DNA from: Promethearchaeota archaeon
GTDB taxonomy: Archaea; Asgardarchaeota; Thorarchaeia; Thorarchaeales; Thorarchaeaceae
Reading direction: 5' to 3'
Length of the DNA: 22,248 nt
Assembly: GCA_014728035.1 (NCBI GenBank)
Contig: WJMJ01000171.1
Span: 1 to 22,248, forward strand
The notes under the pieces were generated by a model. The model searched no databases, was not told where the DNA came from, and saw only the letters and a program-made list of their open reading frames with translations. Numbering within the stretch: the stretch's first letter is position 1; every line of letters starts with the position of its first letter. This document shows, piece after piece, positions 1 to 7,545 of the stretch. The position numbers and the translations under genes were made by a program.

Positions 1-2
1 AA

Positions 3-473
3 TCATATATAGTCAGAATATCGAACCTTTTCTGGGTTTCCTGGCTCATACATCTCACGAAGATTCAAAGTTCCGAAGACACTCATCAATATCCACAAGG
101 GGGATAATTCTGTCAGATTAGGAAGTTGCGGGATAAGAAGAGGACCAGCAAACTGTGAGATCCAATAGCTATTGATAGCTAAAAACGCGAACCAGAATCC
201 TGCATGAATCACATTGAAGTATGTAGCTTTGCGTTGAAAATTACCTTTGAGAGTATCAAGAACAGTCATAGAGTTGAACCCATGCCAGACTAGAATTATC
301 ACCATGAACGTTGTCAAGAGAGGATATCCACCTAGCCATAATAATCCATAAGAGACTGCAATAGCACCACATAGAAGAATCCAACTGACCATCGGATTGA
401 AGTTTCTTCGAACATCCTCCGTATCATCACGAGAGGTTGAGCTGGTTTCATTAGGATCATTTTCTTTATTCAA
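3..473 (-). CDS. 4-TM integral membrane protein with acidic N-terminal tail, function unknown; paralog of 2790..3272
   Basis: 156-aa ORF with four hydrophobic helices and a D/E/S-rich N-terminus. A gapless hand alignment to the 2790..3272 product gives 44 identities over 123 positions, with shared motifs FNP, GYP, FN, LAIN-x-(Y/F)WI-x-Q, PQ-x-NLT-x-L-x-PL and VFG. Only a TTG start at 473 keeps the conserved FNP segment, so the start is uncertain. Confidence 0.6.
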   Translation of the reverse strand: MNKENDPNETSSTSRDDTEDVRRNFNPMVSWILLCGAIAVSYGLLWLGGYPLLTTFMVIILVWHGFNSMTVLDTLKGNFQRKATYFNVIHAGFWFAFLAINSYWISQFAGPLLIPQLPNLTELSPLWILMSVFGTLNLREMYEPGNPEKVRYSDYI

Positions 474-549
474 TTGTGAAGCACTCGATTTGATTCGTTC
501 AGTCTCTTATAATTCAGAAGGTTTTTGCAAAATAAATCCCTGGACGATT

Positions 550-1587
550 TCATAATTTTACAAGTTTGAATCTAATGTAGAAAACGACTAAAATCAATAA
601 GGCAAATGTAGCAACCACTCCCAGTGTCGTTAAAACTCGAGTATTGAAATCTGGCGCTTCCCATGTTTCCAAAGAGATGAAGATCTCATTTGTATTGGGA
701 GTTGTTGGAAGTGAGATAACGTTGGGAAATCGATCGTAAACTAATCCAGGTCCATTGATAATATATACCCCTTCTCCAGAATAATCTTCCCACCAATTGC
801 CTTTTCTATCACCATCGTCCCAGTCATTCTCCAATCCCCCATCGTATGCACTAGCAACTCCAGCTGAATATATGAAATTACCAATGATAAAATTGTACGA
901 GCTGCCTTCAATCAATATGATACTGTACAAGTCTGCACCTTGAATAATGTTAGACATCACTGAGGAGTAATTTGTTCCGTAAAAAGCTATACCAGATGCT
1001 GTACAGCCGCTAATTGAGCAATTAGTAATCTGCGAAAAAGTACATTTAGTGAGAGCAATGGCATCATCTGGAACATTTTCTAAGGAGCAGTTAGAAAGTA
1101 TAACAGAATTGGAATTGGATGCATAGATACGAGATGTCTGACAATCAATCGCATCCGCATAACATAGCTGATATCTGTCAATGAAAAGTGCTGTCCCATC
1201 GCAAGAAAAGTCACAATCAATAATCATACAATTGGACCCGTTATAGAGGTTGATTGCTCGACCTGACGGATTAGAAAAGGAAAATACACAATCAGTAATC
1301 AATACATAAGAATTCACATGACAAATGGAAATACAGGAATCATTTGAGAGACTCTCAAAAAGCAGACCTTGGATTAGATATGGATCCTCAAGTGATCCGG
1401 ACCCAGCAATACCAAGTGTCGAGAAGTCATCCTCCGAGTCGATGATAATTGGACTACTTGCGGTTTGAGCAGAAACATGATACGTTTTGTCTGTATATTG
1501 GATATCAGTCAAACTTCCAAATTGTAAAAAAGACGCAAATAGAACAAACATCAACAAAGCAGTTGAGAAATAGTGTCTGCGCTTCAT
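550..1587 (-). CDS. Secreted, membrane-anchored right-handed parallel beta-helix (NosD-like) protein, Cys-rich
   Basis: 345 aa from ATG 1587 (the ORF track uses TTG one codon upstream). N-terminal signal or anchor MKRRHYFSTALLMFVLFASFLQFG. Repeated beta-helix rungs of the form x(N/D)CxI/F (ITDCVF, MIIDCDF, ILSNCSL, ITNCSISGC). NosD-type GNWWEDY motif. Several N-x-S/T sequons. C-terminal TM LGVVATFALLILVVFYIRFK. Its ATG overlaps the upstream gene stop (TGATG), and GAGGA lies 7-8 nt upstream. Confidence 0.75.
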   Translation of the reverse strand: MKRRHYFSTALLMFVLFASFLQFGSLTDIQYTDKTYHVSAQTASSPIIIDSEDDFSTLGIAGSGSLEDPYLIQGLLFESLSNDSCISICHVNSYVLITDCVFSFSNPSGRAINLYNGSNCMIIDCDFSCDGTALFIDRYQLCYADAIDCQTSRIYASNSNSVILSNCSLENVPDDAIALTKCTFSQITNCSISGCTASGIAFYGTNYSSVMSNIIQGADLYSIILIEGSSYNFIIGNFIYSAGVASAYDGGLENDWDDGDRKGNWWEDYSGEGVYIINGPGLVYDRFPNVISLPTTPNTNEIFISLETWEAPDFNTRVLTTLGVVATFALLILVVFYIRFKLVKL

Positions 1588-1919
1588 CAATAATCCTCCT
1601 GAGAATAAGATCGGTATTCTGAATCTTCCGTATCCATTTGGTCCGAGTCCATAGATTCCGTTTCTTCATCTTGGTCAGTTTCTTTATCAGGATTAAATCC
1701 AAACTTGACGATGTTCTTGAGTGTGCGCCAACCTTGTTGAACGAGGAATAGTAATCCAAGAAGAGTAAATCCAAAAAGAATTATACTCAGATCATACCAC
1801 CAAAGAACATATCCTCTAATAATTGAATTCGCAATGAGAAAAGTTCCTACAAAGACAATTAATATGATTAAGATTCCTGAGATGATTCTCCATAGTCTTC
1901 CTCCCCAAATAATCAGCAT
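1587..1919 (-). CDS. Small 2-TM membrane protein with strongly acidic C-terminal tail, function unknown
   Basis: 110-aa ORF with an ATG start preceded by AGAGGA 8-9 nt upstream. Two or three hydrophobic segments are followed by DKETDQDEETESMDSDQMDTEDSE. It is translationally coupled (stop/start overlap) to the beta-helix gene. Confidence 0.6.
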   Translation of the reverse strand: MLIIWGGRLWRIISGILIILIVFVGTFLIANSIIRGYVLWWYDLSIILFGFTLLGLLFLVQQGWRTLKNIVKFGFNPDKETDQDEETESMDSDQMDTEDSEYRSYSQEDY

Positions 1920-1950
1920 TAGTTTTTCCTCTTGCGATGCATTTGAAGTA

Positions 1951-1988
1951 TCACCTTAAATTCATTTTGTATTAAATTTTTAAGGTGA
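1951..1988. promoter_or_regulatory. Mirror-symmetric divergent promoter/operator: 10-bp perfect inverted repeat TCACCTTAAA / TTTAAGGTGA with an 18-nt A/T-rich spacer
   Basis: The left arm is 1951-1960 and the right arm is 1979-1988. Read toward its own gene, each arm is TTTAAGGTGA, and its centre lies about 37-39 nt upstream of that gene's ATG (1919 minus, 2022 plus). The TTTAA core resembles an archaeal TATA box. Confidence 0.4.
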
Positions 1989-2021
1989 AAAAGCTTTGAG
2001 TCTGATGGCAGATGAGATACT

Positions 2022-2702
2022 ATGAAGTGGTCAAAGTTAGCTGGAGGTTGTGTTCTTCTTATCATGATAATATCAATTCCAGCACCAGTTTCTGCAGGGA
2101 GTTCATCGACCAGTTTTGCATGGCAAAATGGATTAATCATTCACACCCATTCAGAGAATCATGACTTTTGGGTTCCGGGAGCAAATACTGAAGCGTATTT
2201 GATACTCACGCTAATGTCTAAAGGAGCGACCGTGAAGTTCTATGATTTGACTGTGTTCATAAAACTCATTACAGAAACTAATGTGACTGGTCAAATCACA
2301 ATCAATGATCCTTGGAAATATCCAGGTGACACAATTAGAGTCAAAGGATCTTTCAATCTCACTCCTGAGATGATTAACAACGCGGGATGGGAGACATATC
2401 GGTCTTCGTATATATATTGGATAGAGTCCAATGTCAGGCTTTCAAATGGTGATAATGTCACACTCTCATCATTTGAAGTAGAATCAACCACTTTGACTAT
2501 GTCCACAATCACTATTCTTGCTTTCTGGCCTTTTCCACCAATCATTTTGATGTTCGGAGTATACTGGTTAGGTGCATATGGATTAACTCGATTCAATGAA
2601 AGGTATCTGGAATTAGAAGCAGCAGAAAGAGAAGCTGCTAAAAAGAAGAAAGATGACGATAAGGCAACAAAAACTACAGATGACAAAAGTTCTGATGCTT
2701 AA
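2022..2702 (+). CDS. Secreted protein with C-terminal TM anchor and charged cytoplasmic tail, function unknown
   Basis: 226-aa ORF with signal peptide MKWSKLAGGCVLLIMIISIPAPVSAGSS. The beta-rich ectodomain has NVT/NLT sequons. TM FWPFPPIILMFGVYWLGAYGL is followed by ELEAAEREAAKKKKDDDK. It is divergent from the 1587..1919 operon. Confidence 0.65.
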   Translation: MKWSKLAGGCVLLIMIISIPAPVSAGSSSTSFAWQNGLIIHTHSENHDFWVPGANTEAYLILTLMSKGATVKFYDLTVFIKLITETNVTGQITINDPWKYPGDTIRVKGSFNLTPEMINNAGWETYRSSYIYWIESNVRLSNGDNVTLSSFEVESTTLTMSTITILAFWPFPPIILMFGVYWLGAYGLTRFNERYLELEAAEREAAKKKKDDDKATKTTDDKSSDA

Positions 2703-2789
2703 TAAAGTCTAATTGGTTGGCATATTCAAAATTCATAACATTGCACCAAAATAACGGTATCCATATTTATGATATCAACGGAGAAGAAT

Positions 2790-3272
2790 CTACATCAATG
2801 ATTCTTCCCTGACAACATCGGGTCTAAACATTCTGATTATATTTCCATTTCCGAAAACACCCATCACAACAAATAACGGGCACAATAAGGTTAGATTCTC
2901 AATTTGTGGAAAGATGAGAATCTGGTTGTATTGATTTATCCAGAAACCATTGATTGCAAGAATGATAAATGCTACAGTGGATTGAACCAAATTGAAAATA
3001 GCACCTCTCCTAGCTAGCGGATAAGAATAACGTTTTAGAATTTGAAAAGTTTCCTGTCCAAGACTAACAAGAAAGAATAGAATTATGGTAATTAATGCTG
3101 GATACCCGAAGATATAGAACGACCCATAACCTACCACAATCATTGCTATCATTTTCATGTATGTAGATAGAGGATTGAAATATCGCTTCTCAGGAACTTC
3201 TACAGCATCCAAGTGGCGTCTATGGTCTTCATCTGGATTCTCATCCCGTTCATCATCCATCATGGGAATCAT
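2790..3272 (-). CDS. 4-TM integral membrane protein with acidic N-terminal tail, function unknown; paralog of 3..473
   Basis: 160-aa ORF with an ATG start. It has the same architecture and motif set as the 3..473 product, with about 36% identity over the 123-aa core by hand count. Confidence 0.65.
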   Translation of the reverse strand: MIPMMDDERDENPDEDHRRHLDAVEVPEKRYFNPLSTYMKMIAMIVVGYGSFYIFGYPALITIILFFLVSLGQETFQILKRYSYPLARRGAIFNLVQSTVAFIILAINGFWINQYNQILIFPQIENLTLLCPLFVVMGVFGNGNIIRMFRPDVVREESLM

Positions 3273-3413
3273 GTGCAGTAAATGATTTTTTGTTAATAAT
3301 GTAGTTCATTTCAGCAAGAGAACAAGTCTAAATCCGCGGAGTCGGTCATGTGAATGTTTAAAACGTATTAAATTAACATACGGCACAGTACTCGATTTAC
3401 GGGTGTAAATAGC

Positions 3414-4295
3414 ATGGCAGATGCAATTGAGTGGACCAACGCTGGCAGTGACCAAATAGTATGGCGATACCCTGACAATAGAATCAAATGGGGAAGTCAA
3501 CTAATTGTTCTAGAGAACCAGGCTGCAATATTCTACAGAGATGGAAAAGCATTAGATACTTTTCTTGCAGGTCGTCATAAACTGACTACCAGCAGCATGC
3601 CTAGTTTGGTCGGCTGGCTACAGAAGAAGATAAAGGGCGATGTCTTCCAGGCCACATGTATATTCCTATCCAGAGGACAATTCCAAGGTAAATTCGGTGG
3701 GAGAGGACAAACAAGTGATCTCGCACCACTGATGTTCCACGGTAACTTCTGGTTCAGGGTAAAAGAGCCCAAGATCTTTACCAACGAAGTCGTAGGTAAT
3801 CAGAACGCATTCTCTACCAAGAAAGTCAATGATTTCCTTCGTGCATTCATGAATGAAAGAATCATCGACGAATTTGCACATTACGACTTACAAGCAGTGT
3901 TCACACGCCTTGATGAGACCTCACTAAAGGTTAAGACCAAAGTGAGAATGAACTTTGAGAGGATTGGACTCGAACTCGTTGATATCAAATTTGAAGGTAT
4001 TGACACAACCGAAAAGTACAGAGAACGACTCTTCTGGCTTAGAACTGGCGGTGTTGGTGGAAGCCAACTAGCTGGAATGGAGACCATGAGAGGTGCAGCA
4101 GAATCTCTTGGTAAGAGTCCTGGTGCAGGCTTCGGAGCCGGAGCAGCCATGATGGGCGCCATGGGCGGCATGATGGGTGGCGGCGACAGTAGTGGAGGCG
4201 GTTCAGCCCCTGCAGGAGCCAAATTCTGTCCAAATTGTGGTAGCAAGCTTAACGGTGCCAAGTTCTGTCCGAACTGTGGTACAAAGATCGGATAA
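3414..4295 (+). CDS. SPFH/band-7 family protein with Gly/Met-rich linker and C-terminal double zinc ribbon (YdjI-like, COG4260-type)
   Basis: 293 aa. The N-terminal WRYP...KWGSQLIVLENQAAIFYRDGK pattern and overall layout match Bacillus subtilis YdjI-type proteins. The C-terminus holds two KFCPNCG(S/T)K zinc ribbons, encoded by an imperfect 30-nt direct repeat (4218-4247 and 4257-4286). GGGTG SD-like motif lies upstream. Confidence 0.85.
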   Translation: MADAIEWTNAGSDQIVWRYPDNRIKWGSQLIVLENQAAIFYRDGKALDTFLAGRHKLTTSSMPSLVGWLQKKIKGDVFQATCIFLSRGQFQGKFGGRGQTSDLAPLMFHGNFWFRVKEPKIFTNEVVGNQNAFSTKKVNDFLRAFMNERIIDEFAHYDLQAVFTRLDETSLKVKTKVRMNFERIGLELVDIKFEGIDTTEKYRERLFWLRTGGVGGSQLAGMETMRGAAESLGKSPGAGFGAGAAMMGAMGGMMGGGDSSGGGSAPAGAKFCPNCGSKLNGAKFCPNCGTKIG

Positions 4296-4303
4296 TCCAA
4301 CAA

Positions 4304-4339
4304 GGAGGACTTTTTGTCCTCCCAAGGTTTTCTTTTTTT
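4304..4339 (+). terminator. Hairpin plus T-tract terminator after the SPFH gene
   Basis: Perfect 7-bp stem GGAGGAC (4304-4310) / GTCCTCC (4316-4322) with loop TTTTT, followed by GGTTTTCTTTTTTTA. Confidence 0.55.
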
Positions 4340-4436
4340 ATAGTCTAAAATGAATAATAGAGGTTTGCTGACGTATCCAACTATATGACTTTATTGACCG
4401 AAAGGAAGATTAGACTGGCATGAGAGTACACAAATA

Positions 4437-6872
4437 ATGCCAGATCTTCAAAACAGCACCTTATTGAAATATATGAATGAAAATTCAGAAGAATTTGAGA
4501 TAACAACGAAATCTGGAGTTTTGAGCATAAAATACATACAGATATGGAGGATAATCCTCATTGAGGATTACGAGGGATGTATCTTATCACTATTAAGAAA
4601 TCTGAGGAGAAAGTTTCTTTTTGATTATCTCATCTATGTAGAGAAGACGCTAACAATTTTTGAAAACTTTGGTATGTTCAATGTGATTGAAAACGTTGAA
4701 CCTGAATCTATTGAAACAATACATCACATTCATTCTCTATGTTCGACGACGAAAGAAGAAAAAGTAATTGATTCGATTTGGCGAACAATAAAAGTACTCG
4801 TAAACACAGAAGGAAACACTTCGATCAGTACCTTACTTGAAATCGCACAAGAATTATTCAATATGATTTTGAAACACACCATATTAGAACAAGAAGAAGT
4901 AATTCCAGATTGGCTAAGAAAAGAACTCAAGCAAAAAACAAGGATAAAGAGAACACCTTCACAGAAAGTGGATATTGATTATTTGCATTCAATAGTCAAG
5001 AATACCACAGAGATTGAATATGGACCCAGAATTCTTGAATTGCTTCATGAACTTGTGATTATTCCTCTGATTACTTTTGAAAGAAGAGAGAGTAAAAATT
5101 TTGAAAACCTTGACTCACGGCTACTAAGAAGAAAAACAGGCGCTTTTTATACACCTCAGGAAATAGCTCATAGATTAGCAAGTGAAACACTATTTGCTTG
5201 GTTCAATTCACAGACTTCTATTGACATTTACAACTATGAAGAAGTACAAAACCTCTCACCCAACGAAAAGAGAAAAGCAATAGAAAAGCTAAAAGAAATC
5301 CGAATTATCGATCCTGCAGTGGGAGCAGGAGTCTTTCTTATCGCTGCTGGAGAATGGTTGTTCAATACAAGGATTATACTAAACGACCAAACAGCAGAGG
5401 ACCAAATCCGTTTAGAAATAGCTACAGAAAACTTGTTTGGAGTAGATATCCAAAACGAATCAGTTGAAATCACTCGCAAGCGTATTTGGTTATGGATTCA
5501 GAAAGTAGACTGCATAACTCCTGAAGAGTTGCAATCTCAAATTAAATGTGGTAATAGTCTCATTGGTGAGATACGCCAAGAAGCAAAAACCAATGGAACC
5601 GGATTCCATTGGTGGAAACAATACGACTCGATTATCCAACAACACCAGGGTTTCGATATAGTACTCGGAAATCCACCATATGGGAATATCATTGGTGATG
5701 AGAAGAAGAAGGAAATTCTAAGCTACCAAATATATGATGTAAGCACAGGAAGAAAGGGCAGCTGGAATGCAGCTTCACTATTTATTGTGCGCTCTACAGA
5801 GCTTCTTAGAAAAAACGGTTATCTGGGACTCCTTCTTCCAAATAGCATTCTAAGAGTCAATCAATTCACAAAGACCCGTAATTTTATTCTAAAATTTTTA
5901 AAACCACACATGATAATCGATGAAGCAAGTCCAATCAAAGATGTAACCTTGGAGATGTTTAGCCTAATTGCAATGAAATCAGAATGTACGAAAGAAACAG
6001 TGGAGATAGTGTCAAAACGGCCAAATATGGAATACATTCATGAGATCCCATTCGCTTCTTTGAAGATAACTGGCATCTTCACCATATATTATGATACACT
6101 TTTGGATAAAGTCCTAGATAAAGGTAAGACTGGAGTTCTCAGTGCCACACGAGGAACGGATATACCAAAGGAATCCACAAGCAAAAAACGGGACAGAAAA
6201 TTTGAAATTCCATATATAACATCTGGTAGAAGTGTGAAAAGGTATCGAATAATTAAGAAACATTTGAAGTACTCAAACGATACATTTCGATGCAAGCCAG
6301 CTCTGATTCACTCGTATAATAATGACCTATTAGTTGCTACCAAGAATTATCCATACCCCAGATGTACCATGAAAGAAAAGGGGATAATCCATGGAGGGGG
6401 AATCGTCAGAATTAAAATGAATGAAAAATTCGACCCTAGAGTCATTGGACTGATTTTGAATTCACGATTAATACAATACATATGCATACGATACTTTACT
6501 AACTACTCTCAACTTACTACCTGTTTGAATACAGGTATTATGGAAAACATCCCAATTGCATATCCAGAGAATCCAGACATATTCAGACTAGTATTCCTTC
6601 AACTTGAAGAAATATATAACAATGGAGAAGAATACCAAGATGAACTATACGGTGTGGAAACTTTAGCGAATGCTCTCGTGTACGAATTATATCTAATGAC
6701 AAACTCATTACTATTAGACTTCTTAGGAAAGATCAAGAATGAATTAATGGAGTCAGATAGAAAAACAAGAATCAAAATATTGGATAGAGCTAGCAACCAT
6801 CCGAGAGTACAAGAAGTCTACGCGAACCCATTGGTGAAAAGAATTGAACAGGCTTCTCGAAGGGATTACTAA
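4437..6872 (+). CDS. N6-adenine DNA methyltransferase, gamma-class Eco57I/TaqI-like, with unassigned N-terminal domain and TaqI_C-like target-recognition region
   Basis: 811 aa. Motif X-like GAFYTP (aa 237-240). Motif I IIDPAVGAGVFL (aa about 290-301, nt 5310-5339). Motif IV GNPPYG (NPPY aa 412-415, nt 5670-5681). Downstream LLRKNGYLGLLLPNSIL. The C-terminal region with ILNSRLIQY and ENIPIAYP resembles TaqI-type TRDs. Sampled 60-nt windows give 28-32% GC. Confidence 0.9.
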   Translation: MPDLQNSTLLKYMNENSEEFEITTKSGVLSIKYIQIWRIILIEDYEGCILSLLRNLRRKFLFDYLIYVEKTLTIFENFGMFNVIENVEPESIETIHHIHSLCSTTKEEKVIDSIWRTIKVLVNTEGNTSISTLLEIAQELFNMILKHTILEQEEVIPDWLRKELKQKTRIKRTPSQKVDIDYLHSIVKNTTEIEYGPRILELLHELVIIPLITFERRESKNFENLDSRLLRRKTGAFYTPQEIAHRLASETLFAWFNSQTSIDIYNYEEVQNLSPNEKRKAIEKLKEIRIIDPAVGAGVFLIAAGEWLFNTRIILNDQTAEDQIRLEIATENLFGVDIQNESVEITRKRIWLWIQKVDCITPEELQSQIKCGNSLIGEIRQEAKTNGTGFHWWKQYDSIIQQHQGFDIVLGNPPYGNIIGDEKKKEILSYQIYDVSTGRKGSWNAASLFIVRSTELLRKNGYLGLLLPNSILRVNQFTKTRNFILKFLKPHMIIDEASPIKDVTLEMFSLIAMKSECTKETVEIVSKRPNMEYIHEIPFASLKITGIFTIYYDTLLDKVLDKGKTGVLSATRGTDIPKESTSKKRDRKFEIPYITSGRSVKRYRIIKKHLKYSNDTFRCKPALIHSYNNDLLVATKNYPYPRCTMKEKGIIHGGGIVRIKMNEKFDPRVIGLILNSRLIQYICIRYFTNYSQLTTCLNTGIMENIPIAYPENPDIFRLVFLQLEEIYNNGEEYQDELYGVETLANALVYELYLMTNSLLLDFLGKIKNELMESDRKTRIKILDRASNHPRVQEVYANPLVKRIEQASRRDY

Positions 6873-6912
6873 TCTTTCGTCGATACTGAGGCTTATATAC
6901 TTCTTAGAGTAG

Positions 6913-6924
6913 AATCACGTGATT
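6913..6924. promoter_or_regulatory. Perfect 12-bp palindrome AATCACGTGATT immediately upstream of the start codon at 6929
   Basis: Read directly from the sequence. It contains a CACGTG core, and its right half GTGAT also matches the SD consensus. Confidence 0.3.
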
Positions 6925-6928
6925 GAAA

Positions 6929-7528
6929 ATGGAAGAACATGACGATAGCCAATCTGAAGAATCAGAAGAAATGGCAACTGAAATCATTGATTCAGTTCTT
7001 GATGATTCGGAGGAAGAAGATGGTCTCTCTTCTAAGGAAAGAACTGCTGAAGCAGCACGACAAGCAGAAAGAATAGCCAGAGCTAAGCAGTTACGAAAGA
7101 AGCTACGCCGTCGCGAACTAGGTGTTCTACGATTCAGATGGCCCGCTGCGATTATGATCATTTCAGGGATAATTTCGATTTGGTCTGAATTCTTAGTTGT
7201 GTTCGATCAACAGAATCCATTCTATCAATTCAACACATTCTTTGAAGCATTCCAACTACAACCGAATATATTCTGGGTATTCCCCATTATTGCGGGTGTA
7301 GGATATATCATCTTAGGAATCATTGCATATTTCGATTCACGTGCACCATGGCTAGGATTGATACCAGCAATGCTGATAGTTATGTCTGGTGGCTTCATGT
7401 ACATGATGGTTTCCTTTGCCTATGCTGCAGATGACAATGCTGCGATTAGTGCAACTGGTATACCAATGACCATGATGCTAATGGGACTGATGGGATTAGT
7501 ATCAATATTCATGCGAGAAAAAGAATAG
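6929..7528 (+). CDS. 4-TM membrane protein with long acidic N-terminal tail followed by a basic helix, function unknown
   Basis: 199 aa from ATG 6929 (the ORF track uses TTG 6923). The N-terminus MEEHDDSQSEESEE...DDSEEEDG is followed by KQLRKKLRRRELG and then four hydrophobic helices. Confidence 0.6.
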   Translation: MEEHDDSQSEESEEMATEIIDSVLDDSEEEDGLSSKERTAEAARQAERIARAKQLRKKLRRRELGVLRFRWPAAIMIISGIISIWSEFLVVFDQQNPFYQFNTFFEAFQLQPNIFWVFPIIAGVGYIILGIIAYFDSRAPWLGLIPAMLIVMSGGFMYMMVSFAYAADDNAAISATGIPMTMMLMGLMGLVSIFMREKE

Positions 7529-7545
7529 AGAGGTAAGATTCCACC

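Noticed and set aside
550-660. The C-terminus of the beta-helix protein (APDF...TM...RFK) as a PGF-CTERM archaeosortase signal
   Set aside because: The tripeptide is PDF rather than PGF/PEF, and it is separated from the TM helix by about 6 residues. No archaeosortase is in the window, so this is too weak to call.
1505-2140. The 89-aa (1505..1774) and 73-aa (1919..2140) minus-strand ORFs
   Set aside because: Both overlap better-supported genes in other frames or cross the divergent promoter. Neither has features.
3881-4303. A 140-aa Pro/Ala-rich minus-strand ORF
   Set aside because: It is the reverse complement of the Gly/Ala/Met linker and zinc-ribbon region of the SPFH gene, so it is a compositional artefact.
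3414-6872. The SPFH-zinc-ribbon gene and the methyltransferase as a two-gene defence module
   Set aside because: A strong hairpin/T-tract terminator and a 140-nt gap separate them. Their GC content differs by roughly 20 points, which indicates independent origin and transcription.
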